Source of the DNA: the human T2T-CHM13v2.0 reference genome, Homo sapiens
DNA: 64,000 bases
Assembly: GCF_009914755.1 (NCBI RefSeq)
Contig: NC_060931.1
Reading direction: 5' to 3' (one strand)
The position numbers and the translations under genes were made by a program. Under the pieces are notes generated by a model that saw only the letters and a list, made by a program, of their open reading frames with translations, was not told the origin of the DNA and did no database searches. Positions 38,391 through 53,604 of this stretch are shown piece by piece; positions within the stretch are counted from its first letter, which is position 1; each line of letters starts with the position of its first letter.

Positions 38391-40839
38391 TAGGGGAAAG
38401 TCTAAGCAGAAAATAACCCTACAGCCTTCTGGGCAAGTTACCAAAGGCAATTCTTTATGTCACCAGGATGCCACCCACCACACGTGTGACAGAGAAAACA
38501 CTGCCTGCGGTTCTCTGTCAATCTGAAGGACAAATATTAGGTTACAGAATTTGGTCCAAGTCTAAAAGAAGAATCCTACAAATGTCATCACAAGAATTCT
38601 GGAAACTCGAACACCTGAAACTGCATGACACCTTTGGCTTCTACGTAGGACAAGGTTATGGACTTTTGATCATTTGATATATACTGGAACGTCTTCAAAA
38701 GAGTGCTAAGTAATACAATATTTTAAGAATAGAAATCAATAGTAAGAAGGCGATGGGAACACTGTTGTGGGGAGGCCTGGCTCCACTGACCACTCCAGCA
38801 GTGCAGGTCACCGTGATCAGGAAGCGGTAATGATGGAACAAATCACAGCACTCAGAGGGCTCCTCCCCTTCATGTTACCATTTGAGCTCCCCACCATGCA
38901 AGTCCACACCTCACATGCGTAAGAACCCGCAAAAACTAAGAGACTGAGAAGAGAAAAGCAGCACAGCATGCTCCCGACACGGAAGACGCTGCCCATCTGG
39001 GAGGAGTGGGAGAGCCGGTCCCCTACAGTCTCTGCTCAGTGCAGCACAGGCCCAGGGCCCTGGGACACAGGGCAGAGGGTGTCTGAAAGAGGAGGGCAGA
39101 CACCTCCCGAGAAGCCCTGGGACTCAGGAACCCGGCTTGTGCCTGTGGGAAGAGAGGGCTGGAGCTCCACCACCACTGGCTGTCACGAGCTCCACACAAG
39201 AACAGAGGAAAGTTCTTGAAGAGCTGTTGAATCATGAAGGGTTATTAAACAATTGCAGCCTTCGCCACACATCAAATCCAAGACCAGAGCCCCAACACCT
39301 CCAACTGGCAGGAAGAGTGTTTATTTTCCAGAAGCCTCCTGACCTGTGTGTGGTTAAAGCTACTCAGAGATGTTTACCAAGGGTGCTCTGGGGATTAGCT
39401 AAGTGCTCGTAACCAGGAGGAGCCGTGCCAAGTATTATTACGGCCTAAGAATAACTCCCGACAGTCCATTCTGAAACCCGCACTTCACCAACTACAAAGT
39501 GGAAGGCATTCAGAGGCCTCAGGAGCCTCAGCTCGGAGATGACACGGCAGTGACAGTTCCAACTGCAGTCCAAGCTGTGACATCTGCTGCTGAACACGCG
39601 GGCTTCAGCTGCGAAGCCTTTTAAATTCTAACTGGTGGGTTTTCAAGGGGAAGAAAGTCTTTTTGTTCTATCTGCAGCTGAATTTTGACTCAAGCCCAGC
39701 TGCACGCAGAGCAGCAGAGGGCTGTGGGGAGTCCGGCCTACTGCTTTCCTTCCGAGGCGAGAGCAGCTCCAGCCCAAGCCACAGCTATTTTGGGGCTAAT
39801 AGCAGATGTTGGGGCTCTAGCTGAAGCCCAAAGTGCCAGTTTCACCGAGTCTGAAAAACTGGAGACCCAGAGGACTCCGAGGTGGAAAATGAATGAAACA
39901 GCAACAGCCATCAAACTAATTAGCAAACAAGACACCTCAAGCTTTCAAAGAATAGAAATCCACAGGGCCTAGGACCACAGTCCAAAACTGCTGAGGCTGG
40001 GGCTCCAGCCAGAGCCCTGCGGAAGGCAGGGAACACAACCCAAGCGACACAGGCTGTCTCTGCAGGGCTTGTTTTGCGAAAAGTATGCAGAAATAGGAAT
40101 AAAATACATTAGACAGCAAAACCTCAGTGCTACAAACCAAAGGACAATCAGCATTCACAACTGCAAAGTCACAAGGGCAACAGGGCGTCATGTCAGCCGG
40201 ACTTTTCTGGCTGATGCAACACAATTGTGTGGAAAGGTGGGGTCGCCAGGTTGGGAGAGATGCATGGCCCCAGAACACGGGAGGAGCAGCTGGTGTTTTC
40301 CTGAAGACAGGGGACTAATGCCATGCTGTGCAGTACCCGGCCCTGGGTCAGGTTCTGCAGGAGCCACCTGCCTGAGGCTGCACCTGCTGCACCTGCTGCA
40401 CCCAGCCTGAGGCCACTAAGCTGGAGCTCAGACTCTCTGGTCCCAAGATCAGAGGAACCCCAAGTCAGGGGATTCACATGGGGCACCAGTCCCTCTCACC
40501 AAGAGCCTGGGCCGCTCCGTGACACCCTGGCCACATGGCAGACGATGCCACTCACACTCTTCCCAGCAGACAGAGGAAAGGTCACTCTTACCCCATGGAA
40601 AGGGACCCAGGCAAGGTGTGGTTTCAGGCCTGGCTGCTCCACCACTACTCTCCAGCCCCATCCATAAGCCCAAAGGCCCACGCAGCAGCAAACCCTCGTC
40701 ACGCTGTGACTCCCACAGGGAGCAACCACTTTCCTACGGGGATGTGGGTCCCACACACTGCCTGTGCAGGACAGGGGTGCAGGAGGCATCTGCTTCTCCA
40801 CGTCACTGCCTCAAAACCTCCCACAACGGGAGCCACATT

Positions 40840-41160
40840 CCCACCTCAGGTCCTCTGCACAGCCCTCTTCCACAACACCGCACCCCTAGATGCCTGCGTG
40901 GCCTGCCCCCTCTTCACTTGTTTGAGTCTTCAATGGAATGTCACCTGAGCCCTGGCTCCTGGCCGCTCCTCCTGGTGCTCTCCTCCTTCACAGAACACCA
41001 CCAGCTGAGATCCTGCATCTTTCTACCTGCTTATTTAGTGTCTTTCCCCCTCCACTGGAATGCAGGCTCCAGAAAGGCATGGGACTGTTTTTTATTTTGT
41101 TCTGTTTTTTTCCACTGGCCCAATAATACGTTTTCAATAAATACTAAGAGAATGAGCAAA
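40840..41160 (+). mobile_element. L2 3'-end relic
   Basis: CCACTGGAATGCAGGCTCCAGAAAGGCATGGGACTG...CAATAAATACTAAGAGAATGA resembles the L2a tail. Confidence 0.6.
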
Positions 41161-41462
41161 AAAAATCATATCATTCCAGAACAGTAACTATCCGACTAAA
41201 TGCTACGCAAGTCATTCTACTGAACTCAGACCACTGGATTAAAAGTTCGGTATAACAGGTTAAATGTCGTAGTCTATCCATACAATGGAACTTGTGTAAG
41301 AGGAAAAAAACACATCTTTTCCTATATTAACATGAAAGATCACCAAAAAGGCAGTGCTAAATACAGACACAAGAAGCGGACTATAAGTATGCTATGCTGC
41401 CGTGTGCAGAAAAGTCAAAACCTGCATGGCTGTGTTGATTCATTTTTGCACAAAAGAAGTCT

Positions 41463-41767
41463 GGCCAGGCGCAGTGGCTCATGCCTGTAATCCCAGCACT
41501 TTGGGAGGCAGAGGTGGGTAGATCACTTGAGCCCAGGAATTTCAGACCAGCCTAGGCAACATGGTAAAACCCCGTCTCTGCAAAAAAAAATACAAAAAAT
41601 TAGCCAGGCCTGGTGGGGAGTGCCTATAGTCCCAGCTACTCAGGATGCTGAGGCGGGAGGATCTCTTGAGCCTGGGAGGCAGAGGCTACAGTGAGCTATG
41701 ATCGCGCACGGCACTCCAGCCTGGGTGACAGACAGAATGATACCCTGTCTCAAAAAAAAAAAAAAAA
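41463..41767 (+). mobile_element. AluJ-type
   Basis: AluJ-like GATCACTTGAGCCCAGGA and GAGGCTACAGTGAGCTATGATCG; poly(A). Confidence 0.93.
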
Positions 41768-41847
41768 TCTAAAAGATAAACAAGAAAATAACAATGGCCT
41801 CCTGCTGGAGAACAAGAACATGGCAGGAGGCTTGCCACTGGATCCTA

Positions 41848-42149
41848 TTTTTTTTTTTTTTTTTTTTGAGACAGAGTCTCACTCTGTGGCCCAGGCTGGA
41901 GTGCAGTGGCGCAATCTTGGCTCACTGAAAGCTCCGCCTCCTGGGTTCACACCATTCTCCTGCCTCAGACTCCCGAGGGGCTGGGACTACAGGCGCCCAC
42001 CACCATGCCCAGCTAATTTTTCTGTACTTTTAGTAAAGACGGGGTTTCACTGTGTTAGCCAGGATGGTCTCGATCTCCTGACCTTGTGATCTGCCCGCTT
42101 CGGCCTCCCAAAGTGCTGGGATTACAGGCGTGAGCCACCGCCCCCGGCC
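41848..42149 (-). mobile_element. AluY-type inserted in the tail of an older Alu
   Basis: Poly(T) then an antisense dimer; CCTATTTTTTTT repeated at both ends. Confidence 0.93.
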
Positions 42150-42151
42150 TA

Positions 42152-42297
42152 TTTTTTTTTCTTTTTTGAGACAGAGGCTCGCTCTGTCGCCCAGGCTGGA
42201 GTGCAGTGACATGACCTCAGCTCACTGGAATCTCCGCTCTCCTGCCTCAGCCTCCAGAGTAGCTGGGATTACAGGTACCCACTACCATGCCGGGCTA
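42152..42297 (-). mobile_element. Alu right-arm fragment
   Basis: Antisense right monomer with an internal deletion. The composite with the AluY is flanked by the direct repeat GGCT(T/A)GCCACTGGAT. Confidence 0.85.
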
Positions 42298-42620
42298 GCC
42301 ACTGGATACTTTTTGAATGTTTTCAATATTCTGTACCAAGAAAATACAATAGCTGTTCAATAAGTAATTTTCAAAGCCTAGTATTGCAACCTTATATTGC
42401 AGAATCAGGTACTACATAAAAATTTTATAAAAAGAAAAATAATTCCCACAACAAATTAATGCAGAGAAAATCTAATTATAAACATTTGTAACAAAACAAT
42501 TCTATCATTCCTAACTGACGCTCAGCTATGCATAACAATGCAAATAACTGGCACTATAAATGGGGCAGCAATATATCACTGCAAGGTTTCCTACCCAGAA
42601 TCATCAAGACGATAATGGAG

Positions 42621-44220
42621 CCCCTGCCCCTCCCCCTGGCCCTCCCCCTGCCCCTCCCCCTCCCTCTCCCCTTCCCCTCCCTCTCCCCTTCCCCCTCCCC
42701 CTCCCTCTCCCCTTCCCCCTCCCCCTCCCTCTCCCCTTTGCACGGTCTCCCTCTGATGCCGAGCCGAGGCTGGACTGTACTGCCGCCATCTCGACTCACT
42801 GCAACCTCCCTGCCTGATTCTCCTGCCTCAGCCTGCTGAGTGCCTGAGATTGCAGGCGCGCGCCGCCAAGCCTGACTGGTTTTCGTATTTTTTGGTGGAG
42901 ACGGGGTTTCGCTGTGCTGGCCAGGCTGGTCTCAGCTCCTGACCGCGAGTGATCTGCCAGCCTCGGCCTCCCGCGGTGCCGGGATTGCAGACGGAGTCTC
43001 ACTCACTCAGTGCTCAGTGTTGCCCAGCCTGGAGTGCAGTGGCGTGATCTCGGCTCGCTACAACCTTCACCTCCCAGCCGCCTGACTTGGCCTCCCAAAG
43101 TGCCGAGATTGCAGCCTCTGCCCAGCCGCCACCCCATCTAGGAAGTGAGGAGCGTCTCTGACCGGCCGCCCATCGTGTGGGATGTGAGGAGCCCCTCTGC
43201 CCGACCGCCCAGTCTGGGAAGTGAGGAGCGCCTCTTCCCGGCCGACATCCCGTCTAGGAAGTGAGGAGCGTCTCTGCCCGGCCGCCCATCGTCTGGGATG
43301 TGGGGAGCGCCTCTGCCCCGCCGCCCCGTCTGGGATGTGAAGAGCGCCTCTGCCTGGCCGCGACCCCATCTGGGAACTGAGGAGTGCCTCTGCCCCACCG
43401 CCACCCCGTCTGGGAGGTGAGGAGCATCTCTGACCGGCCGCCCTGTCTGGGAAGTGAGGAGCCCCTCTGCCCAGCAGCCGCCCTGTCCGGGAGGTGGGGG
43501 GCAGCCCCCGCCCGCCAGCCAGCCCGTCCGGGAGGTGGGGGGCAGCCCCCACCCGGCCAGCCACCCCGTCCGGGAGGTGGGGGGCGGCCCCCGCCCATCC
43601 GGGAGGTGGGGGGCGGCCCCTGCCCATCCACCCGGCCGCCCCGTCTGGGAAGTGAGGAGCCCCTCTGCCCGGCCACCACCCCGTCTGGGAGGTGTATCCA
43701 ACAGCTCATTGAGAACGGGCCATGATGAGGATGGCGGTTTTGTCGAATAGAAAAGGGGGAAATGTGGGGAAAAGAAAGAGAGATCAGATTGTTACTGTGT
43801 CTGTGTAGAAAGAAGTAGACATGGGAGACTCCATTTTGTTCTGTACTAAGAAAAATTCTTCTGCCTTGGGATGCTGTTAATCTATAACCTTACCCCCAAC
43901 CCTGTGCTCTCTGAAACATGTGCTGTGTCCACTCAGGGTTAAATGGATTAAGGGCGGTGCAGGATGTGCTTTGTTAAACAGATGCTTGAAGGCAGCATGC
44001 TGGTTAAGAGTCATCACCACTCCCTAATCTCAAGTACCCAGGGACACAAACACTGCGGAAGGCCGCAGGGACCTCTGCCTAGGAAAACCAGAGACCTTTG
44101 TTCACGTGTTTATCTGCTGACCTTCCCTCCACTATTGTCCTATGACCCTGCCAAATCCCCCTCTCCGAGAAACACCCAAGAATGATCAATAAATACTAAA
44201 AAAAAAAACAAACAAAAAAC
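42621..44220 (+). mobile_element. Full-length SVA retrotransposon (older subfamily, SVA_B-like), antisense to MAD1L1
   Basis: (CCCCCT/CCCTCT)n at ~42621-42737, Alu-like ~42740-43130, GC-rich VNTR ~43130-43695, SINE-R ~43695-44197 ending GAATGATCAATAAATACT, then an A-rich tail 44198-44220. Confidence 0.97.
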
Positions 44221-44842
44221 CAACTTAAAGGGGTAAATGATATCTTAAAAAAAATCCATTAAAAGAGGAAAACACAAAGAATAAAAATAAAGTTATCTAT
44301 AATCCACCACTCACAAAAAAAAAAAAAAAAAACGTAATGGATCCCAGAAGTTGGCTAAGTGAGGAATCAAATGATGCGTGTATCTCAAACATTTCAACTT
44401 AAAACAGAAAAACACACAATTATCTTTCAAGCTGCAAACTTTTTCTTCGAACATGAGTCCATTAATTGGAGTTTCATCTTTTTTTTTTGCATGAACCATG
44501 TCCACGACACACCGCTCATGATTGTTAGCTTTGTTTCTTTAAAGTGGATCCCTGTCATCTTCCCAGACCTTACAACTTTTCCTCATAATCTTTCACTATT
44601 TGCTTTATTCAATAGCAATTTTTTAGCAATTTTCCTTTGGGACTTTCCAAAGCATTCAGCTTTGTCTTCACAGAAACATTGCTCTACACATAATTATTTT
44701 TCATCAGCTTCCATATTTAATTAAATGATGTAATTACAATGACGTGCAACAGGCACAAACCGGCACATTAAGGATGGGCGGCCAAGGCCTCCAGGGAGCA
44801 GGACTGAGTGAGCACCACAGTGTTTACAAAACTCAGGAGTGA

Positions 44843-45262
<420 letters not shown>

Positions 45263-46339
45263 AGAAGCACACTTTTCTACGTATAATGCATTTTAAACTT
45301 GGTCATGAGAGTTGCTGTGCAGCAGGAATCGACACTCTCCTAGGCAAGCCTGGGGAGCACTGGACGCCCTGGAGGCAGCCTGGGCCTGGCTCCTCTCAGA
45401 GCTGCCCCCTCCTCACCATGCGAATCTGACACAAAGCATCTCCCTCATCCATGCCAAGAATTACTGGGAACAGAAACGTGCATGTAAATAGTCTTGTTTT
45501 CAAAAAGCAGGTTCTGCAAACCATCCCAAGCATAAAGAGGCAGCAGAGTTAACACCTTAGTGTCTGCAGTCAGTCAAGCACTCAATTCTAAGTCCATTCA
45601 TTGCGAATCTGTGACTCTGAGCTCTCCAAACCTCAACCCCCCACCTCAGGAAAATGGCAACAGTTACAGTCCAGCATGGACTCACTGAGAAGCGGATGCA
45701 TGCAGACACCTATGTCCTCTTCTCAATAGGTTACTTGTATAACGAACCGCTGTATAAACAGAGACTACAAGATCAGAAATAAATATTTCTCTATCCACTG
45801 GCCTCTTTCCAGAGGAGACATAAGGTGATTCTAACATCCTCAGGCACTGTTCCAGAGTGCCGACTGATGCAAAGGAATGGGAGAGGCAAGAGAACAGCCT
45901 GGCACAGCAGAAAGCCCGCACTCTGGAGGCAGCCAGGTGAAGGGCCCAGCTGAGCCTCAGTTTTCTGGTCTATGAAACAGACAATTCGACCCTCCTGCAG
46001 GAGCTCTGCGCTGAGGGCACCCGGCAGTCAGTGGAAAACCCTGGACCCCTGTGACGGTTGCTGGTGCCCACGCCCATCGCCCGAGCAGGGGCAGACGGCA
46101 TGCCTATCAGGTTGTAGGTCACATCAAATGGAGACAGCAGATATGTTAAGTGACAGAATCAGAGTCTAAAACCACACTAAGAAGCAGGAAAAATGGGGGG
46201 GGGGGGGGTTGCGGGTGGTAGAGGAAAAATAAATTTTTTGACAGTTGCACCAAAAAAAAATCAATTGTAGAAACATATGGTGGTAGGGCACACCTGCTCC
46301 ATCAGCATAATCTGTGAAGATGCCTGCAGAATCTGCATC

Positions 46340-46981
<642 letters not shown>

Positions 46982-48866
46982 TCATCCAACAACACACCTC
47001 AATCTGTACACTTCAGTGTCCAGGCTCAGGGGATGCCTGAGCCGTCAGCATGAACCCACGGTCACACTCTGGGATGCGAGCCACCATGGGAGGATGCTGC
47101 TGCCTGCCGCACTCCAGCCACCAGGACCACCCTCTGCAGAGCGGGAAGAAGCAGCCGTGCACAGCAGGGAGCTGAAATGGGGAAACGTGGTCCAGGGGAG
47201 AGGGGACTCTGCGCCGTGTTTCACTAAACCAAGGTGGTGTCCACGGCACGAAACGACCAAAACACGCGTCTCAGCTCAACAGAATGGAAGGGGTGGGACA
47301 AGTGGGTGCTTTGCTAGGTGGCAGACTCCCCATCCCCAAGAGGTACAGGGAAAGACTGACGGGCAAGGTGGCTGGAGGCTCAGGGCGAGACAGAGTGCCC
47401 CTGAGGACCACGGTGGGGCTTGGAGCAACATGGCCATGGCTGGATGGCCACCCCATGCTGCCCACAGCCCCGCTGACAAAGGCAGGTCTGTGTACGCAGA
47501 ATGACCGGCCCCCAGGGTACACCTGTGCCTGGAACTCCAGTGTGGTTACTGTGGGTCCACATGCTCTGCGAAAGAGGAAGTAAGTCCTGGGGTCCATACT
47601 GATGAACGTCTTAGAGCTATTAGGGTCACTCATTAAGTGACTTCAGTAAAACCACACGTTCTCCCATGTGGAAACTTCTGACAAGAACAGGCCGCCAGCA
47701 GCAAAGTCCACGCCACCACGACTGTGACGTGGTCCATCCAGACCTCGCCTCCCAGGAGGGGATCCCGCCGCAGCCCTGGACCCAGGCCATGTTTTACAGC
47801 TCTTTTGCCAGAAACTGGCCCCCATCTCTCTGAGCTGTCCACAAGTCAGCAACTTGGCTCAACTGCTGCAGGGACATGAGTTACAAGGGTCCCCAGACAC
47901 ATGTAAATAAAATGAAGAAATGCCGGCTTTACAGTTGCTGCCCTCGCACTCTTTCTCCCAGCTCAGGAAGGATCTCAAGGGCTTCAAAGCAGCCTGGGTT
48001 CCAATTAAGCCCGTGTGACCACCCCAGGGATGCCAGAACATTCCTGATTAACAAGAGGCGCTGTTTGAACTGTTCGAGCTAAAAAAAAGCCCTCAGAACC
48101 TTTCAAACAAATGCCATAATTTTCTCTCCCTGTTTCCTCACTCTTTGGAAAAGCTGATCTTTTGAATGCTTTAAACGTTCAAAAAGAAAGCTAGATAATG
48201 GCCCCAAACACAACTTCGGCAAGAAGCTCAGAACAGGGGCAGCAAGTGGAGAGCTTGGGATGCAACCACACACAAGCAGGCCCGCTTCCGGGAGGCGTGG
48301 CCCGGCCGGCCTGAGGCTGTGACAGCGTGTGTCCACTGTCCACAGCAGCTGGGCCGGGAGAATGACCTGGGCGGAACCACGCCTGGCAGGGAGCTGCAGG
48401 GCCTCCATCATCATGCCAGGCGAACCCAGTGACAAGGGCCTCAAACAGAAGAGGCCCAGGGAAGGGCAGCCCATGGGCCTGAGAAGCACCACTACACACC
48501 TGGGCGGCGCACTCCGCTCACAAAGCACTCTTCCAGGAAGGGCCCCGGGCTGCTGGAGACTGAACCGGAATCTGCCTAACTGGTGGAATCCCCTTTTACA
48601 AAGAAGTGCCTGTAGCTCACGGGGCTAGAACCCAGGAAGGCCCCAGGTGAGCTCGAAACCCTAAAGCAACCCCGCTGTGGACAGTGGCATCGCAGATAGG
48701 AGAGTGCCGGTGAAACAGTAAGACCAGGGCAGCATGCTTCACTGGGCAACGGAGGTGCTGCTGCAAGTGGGCGCAGTAGCAGGCAGGTCAGGGAAAACCA
48801 AGGGACTATGACTTCAGAGATAACAGGTGACATTCCTGACTGTTCTACCTTTAGTCATGATTAGCA

Positions 48867-49482
<616 letters not shown>

Positions 49483-49539
49483 TTTTTAAGAAGCAAAATA
49501 ACCATTCTGTAATAAATTTCACACTCCCCACCGCACCTA

Positions 49540-50064
<525 letters not shown>

Positions 50065-50464
50065 CTAGAAAGGCAACAGCCATGCACCTGCAGGCCTGGG
50101 CTGTGGCCCCAGCTGGTCCCTGGCCTGCTGTGTGGCCTGGGCTTTCCTGAACTTCAGTTATCTGTCCTTAAAAGGGAGGAAGGGACCAGGAGACCTCATC
50201 CTGATCTGTGATTCTCCTTCAGCAAACAAAAATCGCCTAAGAATCTCTTCCTTCTGATGATGTGGCTGGTGTGGGTGAACCAGCCGCGAGAAGGCACAGG
50301 ACGATACTCCCGCGTGGAGGGCGCCACGAGGTCAAGGTCCTGAGGCCGGAACACCAAGGAGCTCTGGGAGGGTGGAGGAAGAACACAAGCCTGGAGCAGG
50401 GGGCAGACACACGGGGCGTGGGGCCCAGAGGCCACCGGGAGGACTCAGGTTTTATTCCGAGTGT

Positions 50465-50546
50465 GCTAAGGAGCCAGGGATTGTGGCTGAAGCGGGAGGA
50501 ACACGCTAAGGAGCCAGGGATGGCGGCTGAAGCGGGAGGAACACGC
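50465..50546. repeat. Tandem repeat, 40-bp unit x2, in an L2 relic
   Basis: GCTAAGGAGCCAGGGAT(TGT/GGC)GGCTGAAGCGGGAGGAACAC twice. Confidence 0.9.
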
Positions 50547-50619
50547 GCTCGGACTTGCTGATGGGCTCTTACGTGGGCTTTTCCCCAGCTGAAGAATGAG
50601 TTACTAAATGTGTTTTAAA

Positions 50620-50990
50620 ATGCAAAAATGTGTACCCGGTGCTTGTCCTGGCGCTGTTCAGAACAGGAAGAACCGGAAACAACCTGAATATTCACAGGAG
50701 GCAAACGATCCGTGACAGGACAAGCGTGGGATGGCCTCCTGTGTGGCAGAAAGGACATTCGGGACCTATGACGCAAACGCAGGCGGCTACACATTCGCCT
50801 GCAGGACTGCACCTTTTAAAGTCCGCATGTAGACAGTGAAAATCTACAAAGGTAAACCGGAATCTCCTAAGAGCGGGTAGGGATGCGACTGGTGGGATTA
50901 CGGGGGATTGGCAGTCTTCTTTTTATGTATCTGTATTTCCCTACTTTGTAAAGAACATTACTTGTGCAATAAAATTAAGAAAAAAAGTTC
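50620..50990 (+). mobile_element. Old L1 (L1ME/MC-like) 3' end
   Basis: CCGGAAACAACCTGAATATTCACAGGAGG...CATTACTTGTGCAATAAAATTAAGAAAAAAA. Confidence 0.6.
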
Positions 50991-51264
50991 TATAGCCACC
51001 TTGCTCAACTTCGTCATGTCAAGGAAAAAAAGTATTTAGGAACATAAATTGTTCTTTACTTGGAAAAAAAAAATCTCTTGCTCCAATCCAAAAAGGCATA
51101 GGAAAAAAGGCATAAAGAGCTGTGCACATTAGCAAAGGGGCCCTCTTGCACTGAGCGGTGGCCAGTGTGTCTACACTGCAGGTGCCAGGCTCCGCGCTGC
51201 GTGCAATTAACAGGTCAGGTGCATGGAGTTTAAAGGAGAGCAGAACAAGCAGCGGGTCAAGGTG

Positions 51265-51565
51265 CCAGGACTGAGATCACAAAGACCCACAGGGGGCACA
51301 TGGAGCAGAGGCTGGACCACAGTCTGGGTGGAGGGGTCGGCCAGGACTGAGAGCACAAAGGCCCACTGGGGGCACTCGGAGCAGGGGCTGGACCACAGTC
51401 TGGGTGGAGGGGTCGGCCAGGACTGAGAGCACAAAGGCCCACTGGGGGCACTCGGAGCAGGGGCTGGACCACAGTCTGGGTGGAGGGGTCGGCCAGGACT
51501 GAGAGCACAAAGGCCCACCGGGGGCACTTGGAGCAGGGGCTGGACCACAGTCTGGGTGGAGGGGT
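51265..51565. repeat. VNTR, 76-bp unit x4
   Basis: Unit CCAGGACTGAGAGCACAAAGGCCCACTGGGGGCACTCGGAGCAGGGGCTGGACCACAGTCTGGGTGGAGGGGTCGG at 51265, 51341, 51417, 51493. Confidence 0.96.
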
Positions 51566-53042
51566 TGCGGAAGGCTTCCTGAGACGAGACAGGATGCAGA
51601 TAAACCCTAAATGATGAATGCATCCGAAGGGGCCCTGCCTCCCGGACTCGTGCCCTCAGGTCGTCCCTTCCACAAACACCCGGGCCAGGCTCTGGCCACA
51701 GCTACTGCAACCACAACCAACAGGCTTAAGGAACCTGCATGCCAGGGCTTGTCCCTATGGGCTTTGGCAGCCACGTGAAGCAGCTCGTCCTAGCCAGAGA
51801 GAGCCCCTGAGGAAAGAAGGCAGCCCTGCCTCCTGGCCATTAACAAGGCAGCACACGTGCACATAAAGCCATCCTGGATGTCCCATCCCCAACTGCCACC
51901 AGATTGGCCCCAGGCAACCTGCAGAATCCTGAAAAATTACCAAGCACTGTTCAAAGCCACTAAGTGTTCGGGGCTGGAGTGGGCCGTAACAGGGAAAGGG
52001 GAGGGCAAGTGGGAGGGCAGAGGGAGTGGGAGAAAGCACAGAACTCATGTTCGGTGTGGCTGGTGCAGAGGCTGAGGCGAGGGTGACAGAGAAGCGGGAG
52101 AGCCAGGCAATGGCAGGAGGCTTCTGGTCAGCCACATGGAGACATGAGGACTTCATCGTGACATCGGCAGGGACAGACAAACAGCTTTGAGCAGGGTCTC
52201 GTGGTCATTGCTTCATCTCAGGCAGATCCCTCCAAGTGCTGGAGTGAAGAATAGTTGCAAGACGCAAAAGTGAAGCCAGGGACGGTAAGGTGGCCACTGC
52301 ACGAGAAAGGGTTTCCAAGTGGCGTAGCGGCAGTGGGGATGGGCTGGAACTAGCAGGATCCCAGGAAGGCAAGGAGAGGAAATCACAGGAAAGGCGACAC
52401 AGGCTGAGAAGGGAAAGTCGGGGCGTCAGAGATGAGAACCAGGTGCCTGCCGTGGGTACTGAGTGGATGGGCCTGCCTCTCCCAAGGATGGGAACCGGAG
52501 GAGCCCCAAGCTCCCTGTGACCAGTTAAACACAGGCAGAAACACATGGGGGGTTGGCGGTTATAGGTGATCAAACGCAAAACAACTTCTGGCCTTCAACA
52601 GTTCAAAGAGCACAGTTGGAACACAGATGATTTAGCAAGACAGGCAGAACTCGATAGTGCTTCAAAACGGCCCAATTTTCCTTGCTGCTACGCCACTGGT
52701 GGCTGCCATTAATGAATGGGGTAGAAAAGAGAACTGGGGAGAACTTTCAGAGAATCCTAATAATCTGCTGAAGAGAAGCAACGTTTCCTGCGTATCGTGC
52801 CAGCAGAGCGAAGGGCACTCTCATTCTCCCCAATTTAAAGATGAAAACATGGGTGCAGTTCCATAACCTGCCTGAGGCCACACAACCAAAGGAGGCAGCA
52901 GGCCTCAACCTAGGCTCTTACCCAGTAGGCTCACAGGACTGTCAACACTGTGGTGCTGGAGCCACAGCATGCACACACGTGCACACATGCCCCACAAAGA
53001 TTCCTCAACCTCACCCCCGGAAGTGCTTGGCGGATTACAGCA

Positions 53043-53398
53043 GGGCCACGTATGGGTCACCTCCACCCTGCAAAGGACAGCAGAGAAGGACAGCAGCCGG
53101 AGGGTGGAGATGGGACACGTATGGGTCACCTCCACCGTGCAAAGGACAGCAGAGAAGGACAGCAGAGAAGCCCAGCAGCTGGAGGGTGGAGATGGGCCAC
53201 GTATGGGTCACCTCCACCAGGCAAAGGACAGCAGAGAAGCCCAGCAGCTGGAGGGTGGAGATGGGACACGTATAGTCACCTCCGCCATGCAAAGTACAGC
53301 AGAAAAGTCCAGCAGCTGGAGGGTGGAGATGGGACACATATGGGTCACCTCCGCCATGCAAAGGGCAGCAGAGAAGCCCAGCAGTTGGAGGGTGGAGC
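53043..53398. repeat. VNTR, ~69-bp unit x5
   Basis: Unit GGG(A/C)CACGTATGGGTCACCTCCACC...CAAAGGACAGCAGAGAAGCCCAGCAGCTGGAGGGTGGAGAT at 53043, 53112, 53194, 53263, 53331. The second unit has an internal 13-bp duplication. Confidence 0.95.
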
Positions 53399-53604
53399 TG
53401 CTGTGTTCCTGAGGCCTCACCGTGCCCAGTAAGAGGGCACCATGCAGGCTGCCAAAGGGGCCATGAGACCACGCAGCCCAAGACCAGACCCGTAAGAGAT
53501 GCCAGAAATCAGCCACATCTGGAGGGTCCCTGGGATAGACACACAAGCTCATCACCACGAGGCCTAAGTCTGATGGGAAGAGCACACGGCAATGCAACAC
53601 TGCT

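Noticed and set aside
42528-43750. Repetitive ORFs (poly-PL/PS, GR, EG, and 'PPTSRTG' repeats)
   Set aside because: Translations of the SVA hexamer and VNTR.
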